Positions 24,828-38,185 of a stretch of DNA of 64,000 nt are shown one piece after another. Made by a program: the position numbers and the translations under genes. The DNA comes from Gnetum montanum. Lineage: Eukaryota > Plantae > Gnetophyta. Position 1 is the first letter of the stretch, and each line of letters starts with the position of its first letter. The stretch spans positions 340,813 to 404,812 of the forward strand of contig MNCI01000357.1 in the NCBI GenBank assembly GCA_015680685.1. The letters run 5' to 3'. The notes under the pieces are model-generated. The model made no database searches. It had not been told where the DNA came from and saw only the letters and a program-made list of their open reading frames with translations.

Positions 24828-25736
24828 TGATGAGTCATGAATTTGTTGGCTATGATATCGCTTTCATGATATCACAACCATGATATCACAAGGGTTGTGA
24901 GATTGCGTAAGCGATATCCCAGCCGCAATATCACATTAGCCACGATATTGCATCAGCCACAATATCACGTACGCGATATCGCAGCCTGCCTCAATTTCTA
25001 TAAATAAGAGGCACCTTTCCTTGTTCTAGCATCTAGTTTTTAGTCCCTTAGCCAAACTCTTGTAGTTTTTTATTCTTAGAGTTAGAGTTATTTTCCAGTG
25101 TATGCCTGCAGTGTGGTAATTGTAATTGTACGACATCCTTTATTCGAGTGTGACATACTTGGACACGCACATGAGCGGCAATAAAGATCAAGATTACTTC
25201 ATCATTGTAGCATTCACTTAGTTTAATTATTTAATTAATTTTTATTTATTACATTCCTAGTTAATCTCTCTCTCATCGTTAAACTCATGTTAAAACGCGA
25301 AATGAGTATGACTTGATTATGAGCATTTAAGTGTGACTACTTGGTAACCCAGTAGCGTACCTAGGATCTATGCTTGGTAATCCCAGTGGTAGTTGTGCAC
25401 GAAGTCCAAGATGTGTATGGATAATTAAGGAATGGATGCTCATCGCACTTAGGCTAGATTAGATTCTCTCACCCTCTCTCTCTCTCCTAGATTAGTGAAT
25501 ATTACTTTCTATTGCCTTCAAGAGTAGCGTTAGATTAGAAACCACATCATACACCTCACTATGGAATAAACCATACGTGACAAAGCTAATACTAGTCCAG
25601 GTGGGAAGACAGTGAACTGCGACCTAAGGCTAACTATCTAGATGCCACAACTAGTTCGTCTGTGGAGTTTGACTAGATTGTGCGTGTAACACTTGTATTC
25701 GTATGGTTGAGTGTAGGGGTACCTTGTCACTCATCA
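24828..25736 (+). repeat. 3' LTR of A1
   Basis: TGATGAGTCA...ACTCATCA followed by the AGTAG TSD. Confidence 0.93.
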
Positions 25737-25741
25737 AGTAG

Positions 25742-26258
25742 AAGTAGAAAATAATGCTCCCAAAATCCCCAAAAAAGTAAAAAAATTTGTAGGAGAAAGC
25801 CACTTGATATTATAATTATCTATCTAGTTGGCCTTGAAGAAAAGCTTGAACAAATAGCTTCAGTTTTACTCTAATTAATTTTGGCTCTTGATGCTCTATA
25901 ATAAATGTCAATACAATCCAAGGTAGTGTTAAAATTATTATGATCCTTAATCAGAGTGAGAAATATGTCATTTGCAAGTTGGCTGTAAATGAGATCCTTT
26001 CCATTTACTAGAAGAGCAACTCCTTTTAACCTTATAGAAGCACTATGAGCTCTAAGCACAGCTCCAAAGCATCATTTACAATGATAAAAAGATAGGGAAT
26101 AAAAAAGCATCATTGCCAAAATAATCTTTATAGCTTAATAACCGTTGAAAAAGTCTTGTTTATGCATATAATTGAAGAGACATATGATAAAAGTGGATCA
26201 ATGTGATATTCAAAAACATTACCTAAATTATGATGTTTTATAATACTTCATAAAGAAG
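25742..26258 (-). mobile_element. L1 LINE segment 3 (RT core, FADD and YLG regions)
   Basis: YSQLANDIFL (decayed HSQFADD) and FTFLGI. Bounded by the TSDs of two LTR insertions. Confidence 0.8.
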
Positions 26259-26762
26259 ACTAGTGTTACACCCCACCTAGAGCTTGTAGGTATGGTTATA
26301 TGCTTATGATTTAGACATTACATGTGGAGTTCGAGTGGGTTTTCGGGGACGAGTTAATATATTTTATATGTTATGTAGCTTCATTTTTTTTGTTATGATT
26401 ATGATGTCCTTACATGCTTAACTAATGTGATTATGTACACTAGCCCTATGTGATGTGTTAGATAGGTGAGGTTGCTAGCAGGAGTTTGGGATTAGGGAAC
26501 AAGAGCACCGATCTAGTATGCTTCTATGCTTTATGTGTGATTTTGGTATGTAGGCACTTGTATTATAGCATTATGTTGGATGATGTTTGGGCATGGTTTT
26601 GGCATGTGAATATGTAGAGCGTATTGTTGAATCCAACAAAATTTGTTCAATTTTAATAAGTATTTTTGTCAAACTTATGCACTTTAATTAATTTCATTCT
26701 ATATTTCATATAGTTAATTATTTATTTAANNNNNNNNNNNNNNNNNNNNNNNNNNNNNNNNN

Positions 26763-26825
26763 AAGATTATATATATACCTCATATAGATTATATATATTT
26801 TTTACATACATACATACATACATAT

Positions 26826-26859
<34 letters not shown>

Positions 26860-26864
26860 TATAA
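26763..26864. repeat. (TA)n/(TACA)n microsatellite inside the 5' LTR of B
   Basis: tacatacatacatacata...tatatatatata next to an N gap. Confidence 0.85.
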
Positions 26865-28137
26865 ATGGTGGCAATCCAAAAATCGAGCAAAACGCAAGTT
26901 GTTGCTACCAAATTTGAACTTGCCACCATCACAGTCATTGGATAATAATGACAACGATGATGTTTCTGGAATTTTTTTGATTGCGAGTTGCCTAAGTTAT
27001 CTCCATTTTTGCAATGCCTCTCCCATCATTTCTGGAAAATTCATGATAACAAGAACACTAGATTTGGCACCTACATAAAAAACAATGGATTGGTATCAAA
27101 TTTTTCTGTATCCATTTATTATTAAAATACTTATTTTTAAACATTGTTACAGGTAATGGCATGGTCAAGATTGATGAGGATAAGGCGCCAGCGAAGGCCA
27201 TGGCAGAGAATTTCGTAGATGATAAAGGAATTAAGCAAAGCATATGCCAACTGATGCTATTATGCGTGTTTTTTTGCCGGATTCTCCATCAGCTCAAATC
27301 AAACCTTCTTCTTAGATGAATACATGGAGTATCACATACGTCTCTTTTGCTACTTCCTTGAGAATCCATATTAATTTAAAATATTAGAAAGCTAAGATAA
27401 ACAGTAGTACCGATTTTAATGGATTGGTATTGGGTTTTGCAATACCCATATATTATTATAATATTTATTTTTAAACCTTGTTGCAGTATAAATAAGGCAT
27501 TCATTAGGTACCAGAAAAAAAAAGGATTATGCATACACATCAAAAGAAAATTCATTTCTTTTAAGAAAATAGGAAAGGAGGAGTTGATACCAGTAAATTC
27601 GATCTCACATTGGAATTAATTATTTTTGAGATTTTTGTTGAAGATTTTTTGAGCTTTGTGCTCTTCAATTATTATTCATAATTTCAATTTGATTTAATTA
27701 TAAATATTTATTCTTGAACTTATGATTAGAAGTTAGGATAAAGGTTTATAATTTTACTTATGAGTGANTATTGATTGTTCTTGATTTTGATTTTGGTTAA
27801 CTTTTGTACATTTATAAAAGCTAAGAGTGCTTCTAAACGATTGAATTCGTGTGGGTTTCTTTGGTTGCTTTGTAGATTTCATGAACACTCTTCATTGACA
27901 CATTCATGGGCTACNCAGGTCAATCACAAATGAGGTGATAATATTTAATAAATAAATAAATAAATTTTAAAGGTATCCAACACGAAATTTTTCCTGGCTC
28001 ATCAATTTGACGTCGTTGTTGGAGAGGTCGGCAGAGTCAATCATCATCAAGGGTTCAGTAAGCTTTACTTTTTATTTTATTCTATTTTATTTTATTTTTT
28101 TGTTCATGCATTTTATTTTTCTTATATTTTTTCAGAA

Positions 28138-31100
28138 ATGGTTTCTTTTACTTGTTTTTCTTGTTTTAAAAAAATAAANTCCATAACTAGGAACCCTCTA
28201 TTTGATATTCCAACATCAACCATGAGGTCAACTATGGGGGCAGGATCTCAAAATCTAAATACTACCCCAATGTCAACCTATGTAACCATAATAGGAGGTA
28301 TCACCCAACCAATAAGTAATTTTAATATACAAACTCCACCAATAGTAACCTCACTACCAAGTTTGATAGTAACTCCAATAGTAGCTTCAACTTACACTAT
28401 GGAATCATCCTCACATCATGTACCTCCATTTTCTTTAGGAACAATTCCTCTTTCTTTTGGTAGTTTAAGTTCTAATGTTCAAATTAATCAACCATTCCTA
28501 GGATAAACCCTTGGAGAATTATTAAATCAGAGAACATTAATTATACCTCAGGGCCCATTGGTTTTCCCACAAGGAAGAGATGTAGAGGTTAAAAATATTC
28601 ACCTATTACCTATTCTTAAGGGGACAAATGATGAAGATCCAGTCACTCACATAAGAGAATTTGAAACAAAATTAGCTATGTTATCATCTCAAAGTGGGGA
28701 TAGAACTAAAATGATTACTTTTAAATCAATCCTAAAAGACAAAGTTGATTTTTGGCTACAAATCCTTCGAATACAAATTAGTTCTTGGGATGAGTTTAAA
28801 AATGCTTTCCTACAAAGATTTCTTTCTAATGATAGTCTATACTCATTAAGAAAGCAATTAATGAGTTTTATACAACATGAGGATGAGGACTATGAAAGAA
28901 CCTTTGATAGATTTAAAGGGTTATGTTTAAAAAATTCAAACCATGGCTTCCCAGCCCATTAATTAATCCAAATCTTTGTAGAAGGTTTACTACCCTATTG
29001 TAGGCAAAATGTTAACTTTGCATGTGGGAGAAATATTTTAAATGTAACACTAGAAGATGGTTGGAGAATTATAAATTCATTAGTAGACCAAAGTAAATGT
29101 TGGCCAAAACCCAACATTATTCAAGACATGACTCAACAAATAGAATAATTAAATAGAAAATTCGATGATTAATTAAAAAATAAGCTCATGGAATTCATAG
29201 TGAAGCATGCAACATTTGTGGAAGTCCCCAACATGACCAAACAACCTGCCCAACCTTGTATTATTGTCAAGAGGAAATGCAAGAGTTTGCTAATGCTTTT
29301 CAACAATTTAAGAGCCAACCAACAATGAACTTTCCTCAACGACCATTTTACCAACAGCAATATCCTCAAAATAATTTCAAGCCATTTAAGAATCCAACTA
29401 ATGAACACTTGGATAAACTCACCCAAAGCCTCACTTCCTTGATAGAATAAAGTAGATAATTTATGAGTGAAACTAGGAGAAGATTCTAGGACTTAACTAG
29501 AAACGAATTACCATCTCAACTTGAACCTAATCCTACATCTCAAAGAAAAGGAAAAGTGCAATTACATTCCATTACTACAAGGAGCGGAAAAATAAATGAA
29601 CCTAAAAAAAAGGTGAGATTCCAAGAGGTAGAAACACAAGAGGAAATAGAACCACAAGTAGTCAATGAGAAAGATCAACCAACTAGGGAAAAAGAACAAC
29701 CATTACTTTCTAGACATCCAATTTTACCTCCTTTCCCTAAACGATTACAAGAAAACTTCACAACCAAAGCCCATCTTGAAAAAATGTTTAGTGAATTATA
29801 CTTACATATTCCTTTAGAACAAGCAGTAAAAGACACACTGCTCTATGCCAAATACTTAAGGGAATTATGCACTAGGAGAAGAAAAGAAAAAATTCCTAAA
29901 CAAGTTTATTTAGTTGATAACCTTTCTCAACTTATACAACAACATGAAGTTCCTAAATACCAAGATCTAGGAGTTCCTACCATTCTAATCAAGATAAATG
30001 GACAAGAAATTAGGAATGCCCTATTGGATTTAGGAGCTAGTATTAATATTATGCCTCTTGAAATGGCTAGATCACTAGATATAGAAGATATAAGAAGAGT
30101 AAACATGACAATATCATTGGCTGATGGTTCAAGTGTAAAACCCATAGGAATCATAGACGACCTAATAATAGAGGTAGAAAAGGGAAAATACCCAATTGAT
30201 TTTGTTGTCCTAGAAGTAAAAGATCCTGATTGTTTCCCTATTATATTAGGTAGACCTTGGTTAGCAACAACTAATGCGATAATTAATTGTAGATCTAGCC
30301 AACTTCAAATCTCATTTGGAAATCTCACTTTTATACTAAATATATATGATAAGGTAAAAGAAGATCATTTAAATATAGACTTGAAGGAAGCAAGAATGCT
30401 TTACACTCTACCCACTTCAGCAATGTTACAAGATAGGAACACCTTAGTGTTAAATATTTTTGAGGAAGGACCTTTAGACCCCTCAACTAAGGAACAAGAA
30501 GATCTCCTCGACCAAATTCTAAATTTAGGGTCAAGAAATATTGGAGAAATAATTCAATATACAAATAAAGATTCCTTAGAGCTTAAATAATTACCTAATA
30601 CACTTAAGTATATCTTTTTATATCAAGATAAACCATTAATAATAAACTCCTAACTTACCAATGAACAAGAAAACGAATTATTAGAAATTTTGCATAGAAA
30701 ATCTGAAGCATTTTCATGGAGCTATGGGGACCTTCACCAAGGAATCTCACCCAACATCTACCAACATCATATCTTTTCAGAAGACAATGTCAAACCAATA
30801 AGAATTCCCCCAAGACGAATTAACCCAGCCTTAAAAAAAATAGTTAAAGATGAAATTTCAAAACTTTGGAAAGAAGAAATCATTTATCAAATAGTAGATA
30901 GTGAATGGGTAAGTCCCATTACTGTAGTTCCAAAAAAGGGTGGAAAATGAAGAGTTTGTGTAGACTATGTAAGATTAAACTAAAACAGAAAAAAGGACCA
31001 TTTTCCATTACCATACATAGATCGAATTCTAGAAAAATTAGAAGGACATGAATACTACTATTTTTTGGACGGATTTAGTTGTTACAATTAGATAGCTATT

Positions 31101-33512
31101 TCCCCTGAAGACCAACATAAAATAACCTTCACATGTCCTTATGAAGCTTTTTCTTATAGACGAATGCCTTTTGGCCTTTGTAATGCACCAGCCACTTTCC
31201 AAAGAGCCATGATTTCAATATTTTTAGATATGTTAGAGAATTATGTTGAAATATATGTGGATGATTTTTCAGTTTATGGGGATTCTTATGATGAAACCTT
31301 ACAAAATATTGAACATGTCTTAGATAGATGCATAGATAAAAACTTAAAATTAAGTTGGGAAAAGAGTCACTTAATGGTTACAAGTGGCATCGTATTAAGA
31401 CATGTTATTTCTAAAGAAGGGATAAGAATGGATGATGAGAAAATAAGAGTCATATCTACACTACCAACTCTAACCAATTTAAAGACTCTTCGATATTTTC
31501 TAGGACATGTTGGATATTATAGAATATTTATCAAATTTTTCTTAAAAATTGCTAAACCACTATATATGCTCCTACAAAAGGATGTTTCATTTGTTTGGAC
31601 CAATGATTGTCATGAAGCATTTTTGGAACTAAAAAAAAAAGTAACCATAGCCCCTGTATTAAATGCACCTAATTGGGATTATCCATTTGATTTAATGTGT
31701 GATGCTAGTGACATAGTAGTGGGGGCTATTTTGGGACAATACATTGACAATAAACCAAGAGTGATTTATTATGTATTCAAAAGTCTAGACCAAGCCCAAG
31801 TAAATTATACAACTACAGAAAAAAAATTATTAGCCATTGTATATGCTCTAGATAAATTTAGACATTATTTAATCGGATATAAAACTAGAGTATATACTGA
31901 TCATTTAGCCATTAAATTCTTAGCTACCAAAAAAATAGAAAATGCAAGAATAATGAGATAGCGTTTATTACTCCAAGAATTTGACTTACTTATTCTAGAT
32001 AAAAGAGGTAGGGAAAATGTAGTAGTAGATAATCTTTCTAGGTTAGAAACTCCTAATGAGAACCGAACACAAGGAATTTTTCATGATGAATTTCCTAATG
32101 AACAATTTTTTTCTACAAAAAAGGATCCTTGGTTTGCTGATATAGCCAACTATCTTACAACTATGAAAACTCCTACCAATTGGACTAAGAAAGAAAATAA
32201 ATATTTTTTGCATAGCATATCTAGATACATTTGGAGTAGTCCATACCTCTATAGAATATGTAAAGATAACATAGCAAGAAGATGTGTGGCTAAAAAAGAA
32301 TAACAAGAAATTCTACAAATGTGTCATGATAATTTAGGAGGCCATTTTGATAACAAACGTACTACTATCAAAATCCTTCAAAGTGGATTTTATTGGCCCT
32401 CAATTTTTAAAGATGCACATAAGTATGTGCAAGAGTGTGATAAATGTCAACGAATGGGAGCCATAACAAAAAGACATGACATGCCCCTTAAACCAATTTG
32501 AATAACAGAACCATTTGATGTGTGGGATATACAATTTTTAGGTCCATTTCCACCATCTAATGGATGTCGATACATTTTGGTTTGTATTGACTATGTTATT
32601 AAATGGGTAGAAGCAAAAGCCACCCCAAAAAATGATGTAAAGGTAGTTGTAGCATTTCTTAGGGAAAATATTTTAACACATTTTGGAACTCCATGGGCAA
32701 TAATTAGTGAGCAAGGAACCCATTTTGTCAATAAAATCATGGAAAGATTCCTTAAGTCTTGTGGTATCCAAAATAAGATAGCTACTGCCTATCATCCACA
32801 AACAAATGGCCAAGTAGAAAATGCTAATAGAATTATTTTAAATATATTAACAAAAACTATATGTACTAAAGGGAAGGACTGGCCTAAAAAATTACAAGAT
32901 GCACTTTGGGCTTATAGAATTACTTATAAACCAAGTTTAGAATATTCACCTTATCAATTGGTTTATGGTAAGTTATGTTTATTACTAGTCGAACAGAAAT
33001 ATCAATCCTTTTGATTAGCCCAACAACTTAATTTTGATGAAGACATGAATCAAGCCTCTAGAATTAATCAACTTCATGAACTTGATGAAATGAGGCTATA
33101 TGCTTTTAACAAGCAGATAATTGTAAAAAGACAAATGAAAGCATTACATGATAAGAGTATCTTTAAAAAACAATTTTCCATAGGTGATAAAGTTTTACTT
33201 TATAATATGCAACTACATAAATTTCTAGGGAAATTAACAACTAGGTGTGAAGGCACTAATTTAGTTATTCAACCCCATGATAATGGAAGTGTCCTCATAT
33301 CACCTATTAATGATTTCTCAACAACATTCCTAATCAATGGTCAACGACTTGAGTTATATCATCAACACCACATTGAGGAACTTGGAGAAGAAGAATTAAT
33401 AGAGCTAAGTAATCCAACTTATCCCACTACAAATGAATTACATGAAAACCATTCATTAGAAGTCCTAGCTGTTAAATATACCCCTAAACCATACTCTTTC
33501 ATCATCGAATAA
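28138..33512 (+). pseudogene. gag-pol of element B (gag, protease, RT, RNase H, integrase in gypsy order)
   Basis: LLPILKGTNDEDPVTHIREFE; ALLDLGASINIMP; PIILGRPWL; MPFGLCNAPATFQR; YVDD; LMCDASD; NYTTTEK; GGHF..KRT..KILQSGFYWP; AYHPQTNGQVE. No chromodomain. Confidence 0.95.
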
Positions 33513-34587
33513 ATTAATAAAAGAATTATATTCAGTCTACAACTTTCACCTTGAAAAATGTAGAGGTCAATAGGAGATCCTATTGTGAGTTGGGATTATA
33601 AAGAATTTAGTAGCATCATGTCTGGAATGTAAGGGAGAAGGAAAACTCCTCCTACCTTGAAATAGGTAGGTTTGAATCCAAAATCCAACTAAGGGTGAGC
33701 CTTGGACTAATAAGTATCTTACACAATAAATTTCATTTTTTTCTTAAACAATATTCTTTAAGTACATTGTTCATAAGTTAAGGTGGCTACATAGCTTAGT
33801 TTAAGGTAATGTTTATTGGTATTTGGTTTATATTAAATACTTACTTGAATGAGTCACTAAGGTGGAAATGGTGTGTTATATTGGACCTTGTTTCTTCGGT
33901 AGTGAAAGACATCTATCTATAGTAAGCCATGTGAGCAACCCTTATAAAATGAAAGTGGCTTCCACAAGGACCTCATGATTGAAGTTGGTCAGATATTGAA
34001 TTTCTTGTAAAAAAATTTTTTAAAAAAAAGAGATAAAAAAAGAAAAAATTATGAAAAAAAAGAGAACAACAAGATAAGATACAATGCAAGAGATAATTGA
34101 AAACAAGAAAACAAAAAAAATCACCCCACAAGCACCTTCAATCATGAGCTGAGCCCCACTCCCACAAGAACCTTATAGTTGGGATGATGCTCTAAGCTCA
34201 CAATTTCAAGCATCCTACAAGAACCCCGTTATGTAAGTAGAGTGTTTAAGGGTTAGGCACCAATTATCAATCTACTCTTGATCCCACTACCTTAGAACTA
34301 GGGTATAACATTGGCAGCTAAAGAGTCACTCATCCACAATTGGTATCTTAATGGACATCTTCACCTCTAATCATTCCTTCTACTTTGTTATTTAGTTACT
34401 TTACTTATATTTATTTGTACTTTTTGACTATTATTTTTCTTTGTTTTTGTTTTACACTTTTCATATTATTTTTTTCTTTTAGTTACCTAATTTTTACCTT
34501 TTGTTATTTCTCTTTTTCATTTTTTAGTTTTCATCCTATTTTTATTCTACATGGTCATCTCATTTGACTAGTGGTACTTTTGTGCAT

Positions 34588-34620
<33 letters not shown>

Positions 34621-37600
34621 TGTTTTCCATTATGTCTTCCATAGGTGTTAGTGGTCAAGATCCCTACTATGGTAGGCAATGATGGATACTAAAACTTGTT
34701 CACCCATTGCCTTTGGTTCTCTCTTAGTTTGGATATATAAAACCTAGGGAAATTCTTACTTTTGGTATATTCTTTGATCATGTTTCCTTTTAATAATTTA
34801 TTTTTTGCTAATTAAACTAAATATGTTACATACCTTAGCTTAAGGATAACCACGTAATAAGGGATATGATAGTAGGGTATAACCAAATTGGAAGCTAATT
34901 GAAGAACAAGTTAGGGAATGAGTTAGATGTAAGTAATGCATTTCAGATCCTTAAATCATAGGAGAGGTTTAAACCTTGAGGTTATAAGACATTCTTACAC
35001 CTAATAAAGCAAACCTTGTGAGGTGACGTTATGCTCAAAAAATCTTAGGTAGGGCCTTTCTAATTGAGTTATATGTGGACTCATATCCAAGAATAAGAAT
35101 TTATCATCAAAAAGAAGAATAATCATATATACATACTTAATAAATAATTGGTGAATAAATATTTTCTCAATGGACAAGTTTAATTAATGTGTTAGCCTAA
35201 AACATATATCTTGAAATAACAATAGTATACTTTTATGTATATATTAATGTTTTATTTTTGCCTTTATAACCAGGCACTGGTCGTAGGCTAGTCGAGAGCT
35301 GTGTTGAACCCAAAAAAATTTGTTCAATTTTAATAAGTATTTTTTGTCAAACTTATGCATTTTAATTAATTTCATTTTATATTTCATATATTTAATTGTT
35401 TAAGTAACAATTATTTTATTTTTTTATGTAAGTTGTAAATATTAGTTTATNTTATATATATGAGGAGAAAATTCATAATCAATTTATTTAATTCATAATC
35501 AATTATATATATATGAGTTTACTTTTGTAATTCATAATCAAAATTGCTACATTGTGGAGAAAACAAGGCAGAATTGCAATTTAGGCAAGTCTCCTTTGTA
35601 ATCTTCAATTATTATTCATAATTTCAATTTAATTTAATTATAAATCTTTATTTTTGAACTTATGATTAGAAGTTAGGATAAAGGTTTATAATTTTACTTA
35701 TGAGTAACAGACATAAGTATGGAATTTAATTAGATTCAATTCTAACTATTTATTTTCTTGATGATTTCTTTGACTTTTTAACCATTCCTCCACAGGATAT
35801 GACTCATAGATCAGTCACAGACAAGGTGAAAATCTCTAGAACAAAAAAAAATGAAAATAAATTTTAAAAGTATCCAGTAGCAAATTTTGCCTGGCTCATC
35901 ACGTATGCTACGGCTCATGTAGGTTTAAACAGATTTTGATTTGGAGTCTTAGTATGTATATTACACATGATTGAAGTTCATGTTATTAGTTACAAAGGAA
36001 GAAACAAAATAACTTATGCAAATGTGTCGTTAACATTTTTTAAAAATAAAAAGTATAAATAATGCACATGGAAAAAAAGTAAACTCATGTTACATGGGTA
36101 AAGTGCATCATCATTTTTTCCTTTATTTTACCTAACATATAAAGTAAAGTAAGGTTTTGTATTATACATTGTTTATCACCACCTCATCATTGCGTATAGG
36201 AGAAATTGGGTTTTGGTGTCTGTTTTTCTTTTAGTTGCATAAATAGAAATGAGGGTTATAGTTGTTCTCTTCTCTTTTTCTTTTGGATGGGTTTTGCTTG
36301 CTCTGAACTTGGATTTGGGATTGTTGCGTTCAGATCTATGTGGGTGCAGAACTTGTTGGGAGTGAAATGGAGTCCTACTAGATTTTTGAGGATTTTCTCC
36401 TTCTTTCAACCTTTCACCCCAACAATTTTAATTGGTGGCTTATCTTTGCCTTTCCTTTGTATTTTTGTGCTAGATTAGTATATATGATTATGCAATGTGG
36501 GCATGTGGGATGGATAGCTCAGGGATTGAGCTTAGACATGTTATTTTGTTTTCTTGCAAAATTGTTTGATTTTTGTTATGGATTGGGGATGAATATATAT
36601 GCAATTTATGAGATGATGTGGACTTGTGGACTATGATATGTGGTGTTGATGAGCCTCATATGATATGCTATTATGGGGCCTATTGGGGTGCAGGCATTTT
36701 CTTGGGTGTTCCAAACATTATTTAAATATTATTTTATTAACCAAACTTTGAATGCACATAACTTTGCATTTAGGAGTTTGATTTAGGTAAAATTAGTGTT
36801 GTTGGGATCATTTTGAGAAGTACTTTATAATCGTGGAATTAGTTTTCTCTTTGGGCATATCTCATTTTGAAGGTTATTATAGTTATCATTTGTATGGATG
36901 TATGTATCTTTTGAGAAATATGATATTGTTATGTCATATCGAGATCTTCATGTTGTTTTGTTGCATCATGGTATTGGATCTATGTGGTTATGTTGGTTTG
37001 GGTGTGTTGTGCTTATGACATGTGTTGGCTTAAGCTACCTAGACTATGTATATGTTTTTGCAATGACACTTATAATGGTTATTGGTGGGTGGTGCTAGCG
37101 TGAGGGTGTGGACTAGTTGATGATGAGGCACCCTGGAGGTAGTATGGATTGATGCCCACAGTGATGCATTGGTAAGGCTCCTATCTCAAGCCTCATCTTG
37201 AGAGTGGAAGAGCATAGGTGTGATTGTCCCTATGGCTAGTCTGTGGCATAGGCATGTTCATCCCTATCACTAGTCCTCTAGAAGGCTAATGGTTGCGAGT
37301 CACAGGTTGAAGGACCCTAGCACTAGTTAGATAAATAAAGACTAATAAAAGACCTATAGGCAATGGTTATTATGAGTACTCATGGCAACGTTTCACATGT
37401 TACATTGAGTGCAGATATGCTAGTAACCACATGGGCTATGTATGTGATAGTATTGGTTTGTAAGTCATATTGTTGAGACTAGGTTTTTTGTTTGGATTAT
37501 GATTGTGTGGATCATGGATTATTTCTAGGATATCATGGGTATGATAGATGATGTTGGACCATGGCTTTGTCTATGCTTGCATGATCATATGTTAGCTTTA

Positions 37601-38185
37601 TGGTTGATATGGTGTGTGTTGTTTTGAGCATGCATGACTAATAGTGTTGCAAGTTGCCTTGTATCCCACTCCTCGCCTCTAGTGTAGCACTTGTCAACCA
37701 TCTAGCAGGGGAAGTGTAAAGGCTTCTCACTTAGTTTTGTACTGACTTTATTTCATTACAAGTGAAAGGTGCAGGAACCTAGATGAGCCCAAAGAGAGAA
37801 AGAGTAAAGGAGGGAAAATCTTTTAGTGTTTAATTCTAGATATTTTTATGTTGATGTATATTTTCATGTATAGTAGTGTGAACTAGATACCCTTTATGGA
37901 ACTCTCTATACTCTTCTTTATATGATGATGAGGTTATGTGTGTGTGTTTTTTTTTTTGTATTTTGAAAAAGAAGTGTATAGTTTACTTTATGTAGATACA
38001 TGCATTTATCTAATGTGATATATATATGTTTGGTTTTTGGTATGGTAGGAAAGTTCTGTACCTTTTGACTTTTCTTATTATCATGTATCCTACACATTAT
38101 TGGTTTTAGTTATCATGATTCCGTGTTAAGATTTCTTGATCCTAGGCATCACCCTACCCTCACTAGGGTAGGGTGTTACAACAAG

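Larger units (their letters stand above)
14599..25736 (+). mobile_element. Non-autonomous Athila-like Ty3/gypsy element A1 (gag plus extra ORF, no pol), containing a nested Copia
   Basis: LTRs at 14599-15408 and 24828-25736 (TGATGAGT...ACTCATCA). TSD AGTAG at 14594-14598 and 25737-25741. tRNA-Asp-type PBS ttggcaccattgccaggga at 15409. PPT gttgtggggg at ~24817. Confidence 0.93.
26625..35901 (+). mobile_element. Athila-like Ty3/gypsy element B, full length, decayed
   Basis: LTRs at 26625-28004 and 35302-35901 (TGTTGAA...GGCTCATCA). Perfect TSD CGTAT. Decayed tRNA-Asp PBS tttgacgtcgttgttggaga. Confidence 0.92.
26264..38180 (+). mobile_element. Tekay/chromovirus-like solo LTR (~2.6 kb: 26264-26624 plus 35902-38180), split by Athila-like element B
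   Basis: Termini TGTTACACCCCACC...GGTAGGGTGTTACA. TSD ACTAG/ACAAG (one mismatch) inside the LINE RT. No PBS or coding region. Confidence 0.75.

Noticed and set aside
35302-35901. 3' LTR of element B is ~780 bp shorter than its 5' LTR
   Set aside because: The missing part coincides with N placeholders and a TA microsatellite, so this is probably an assembly collapse.
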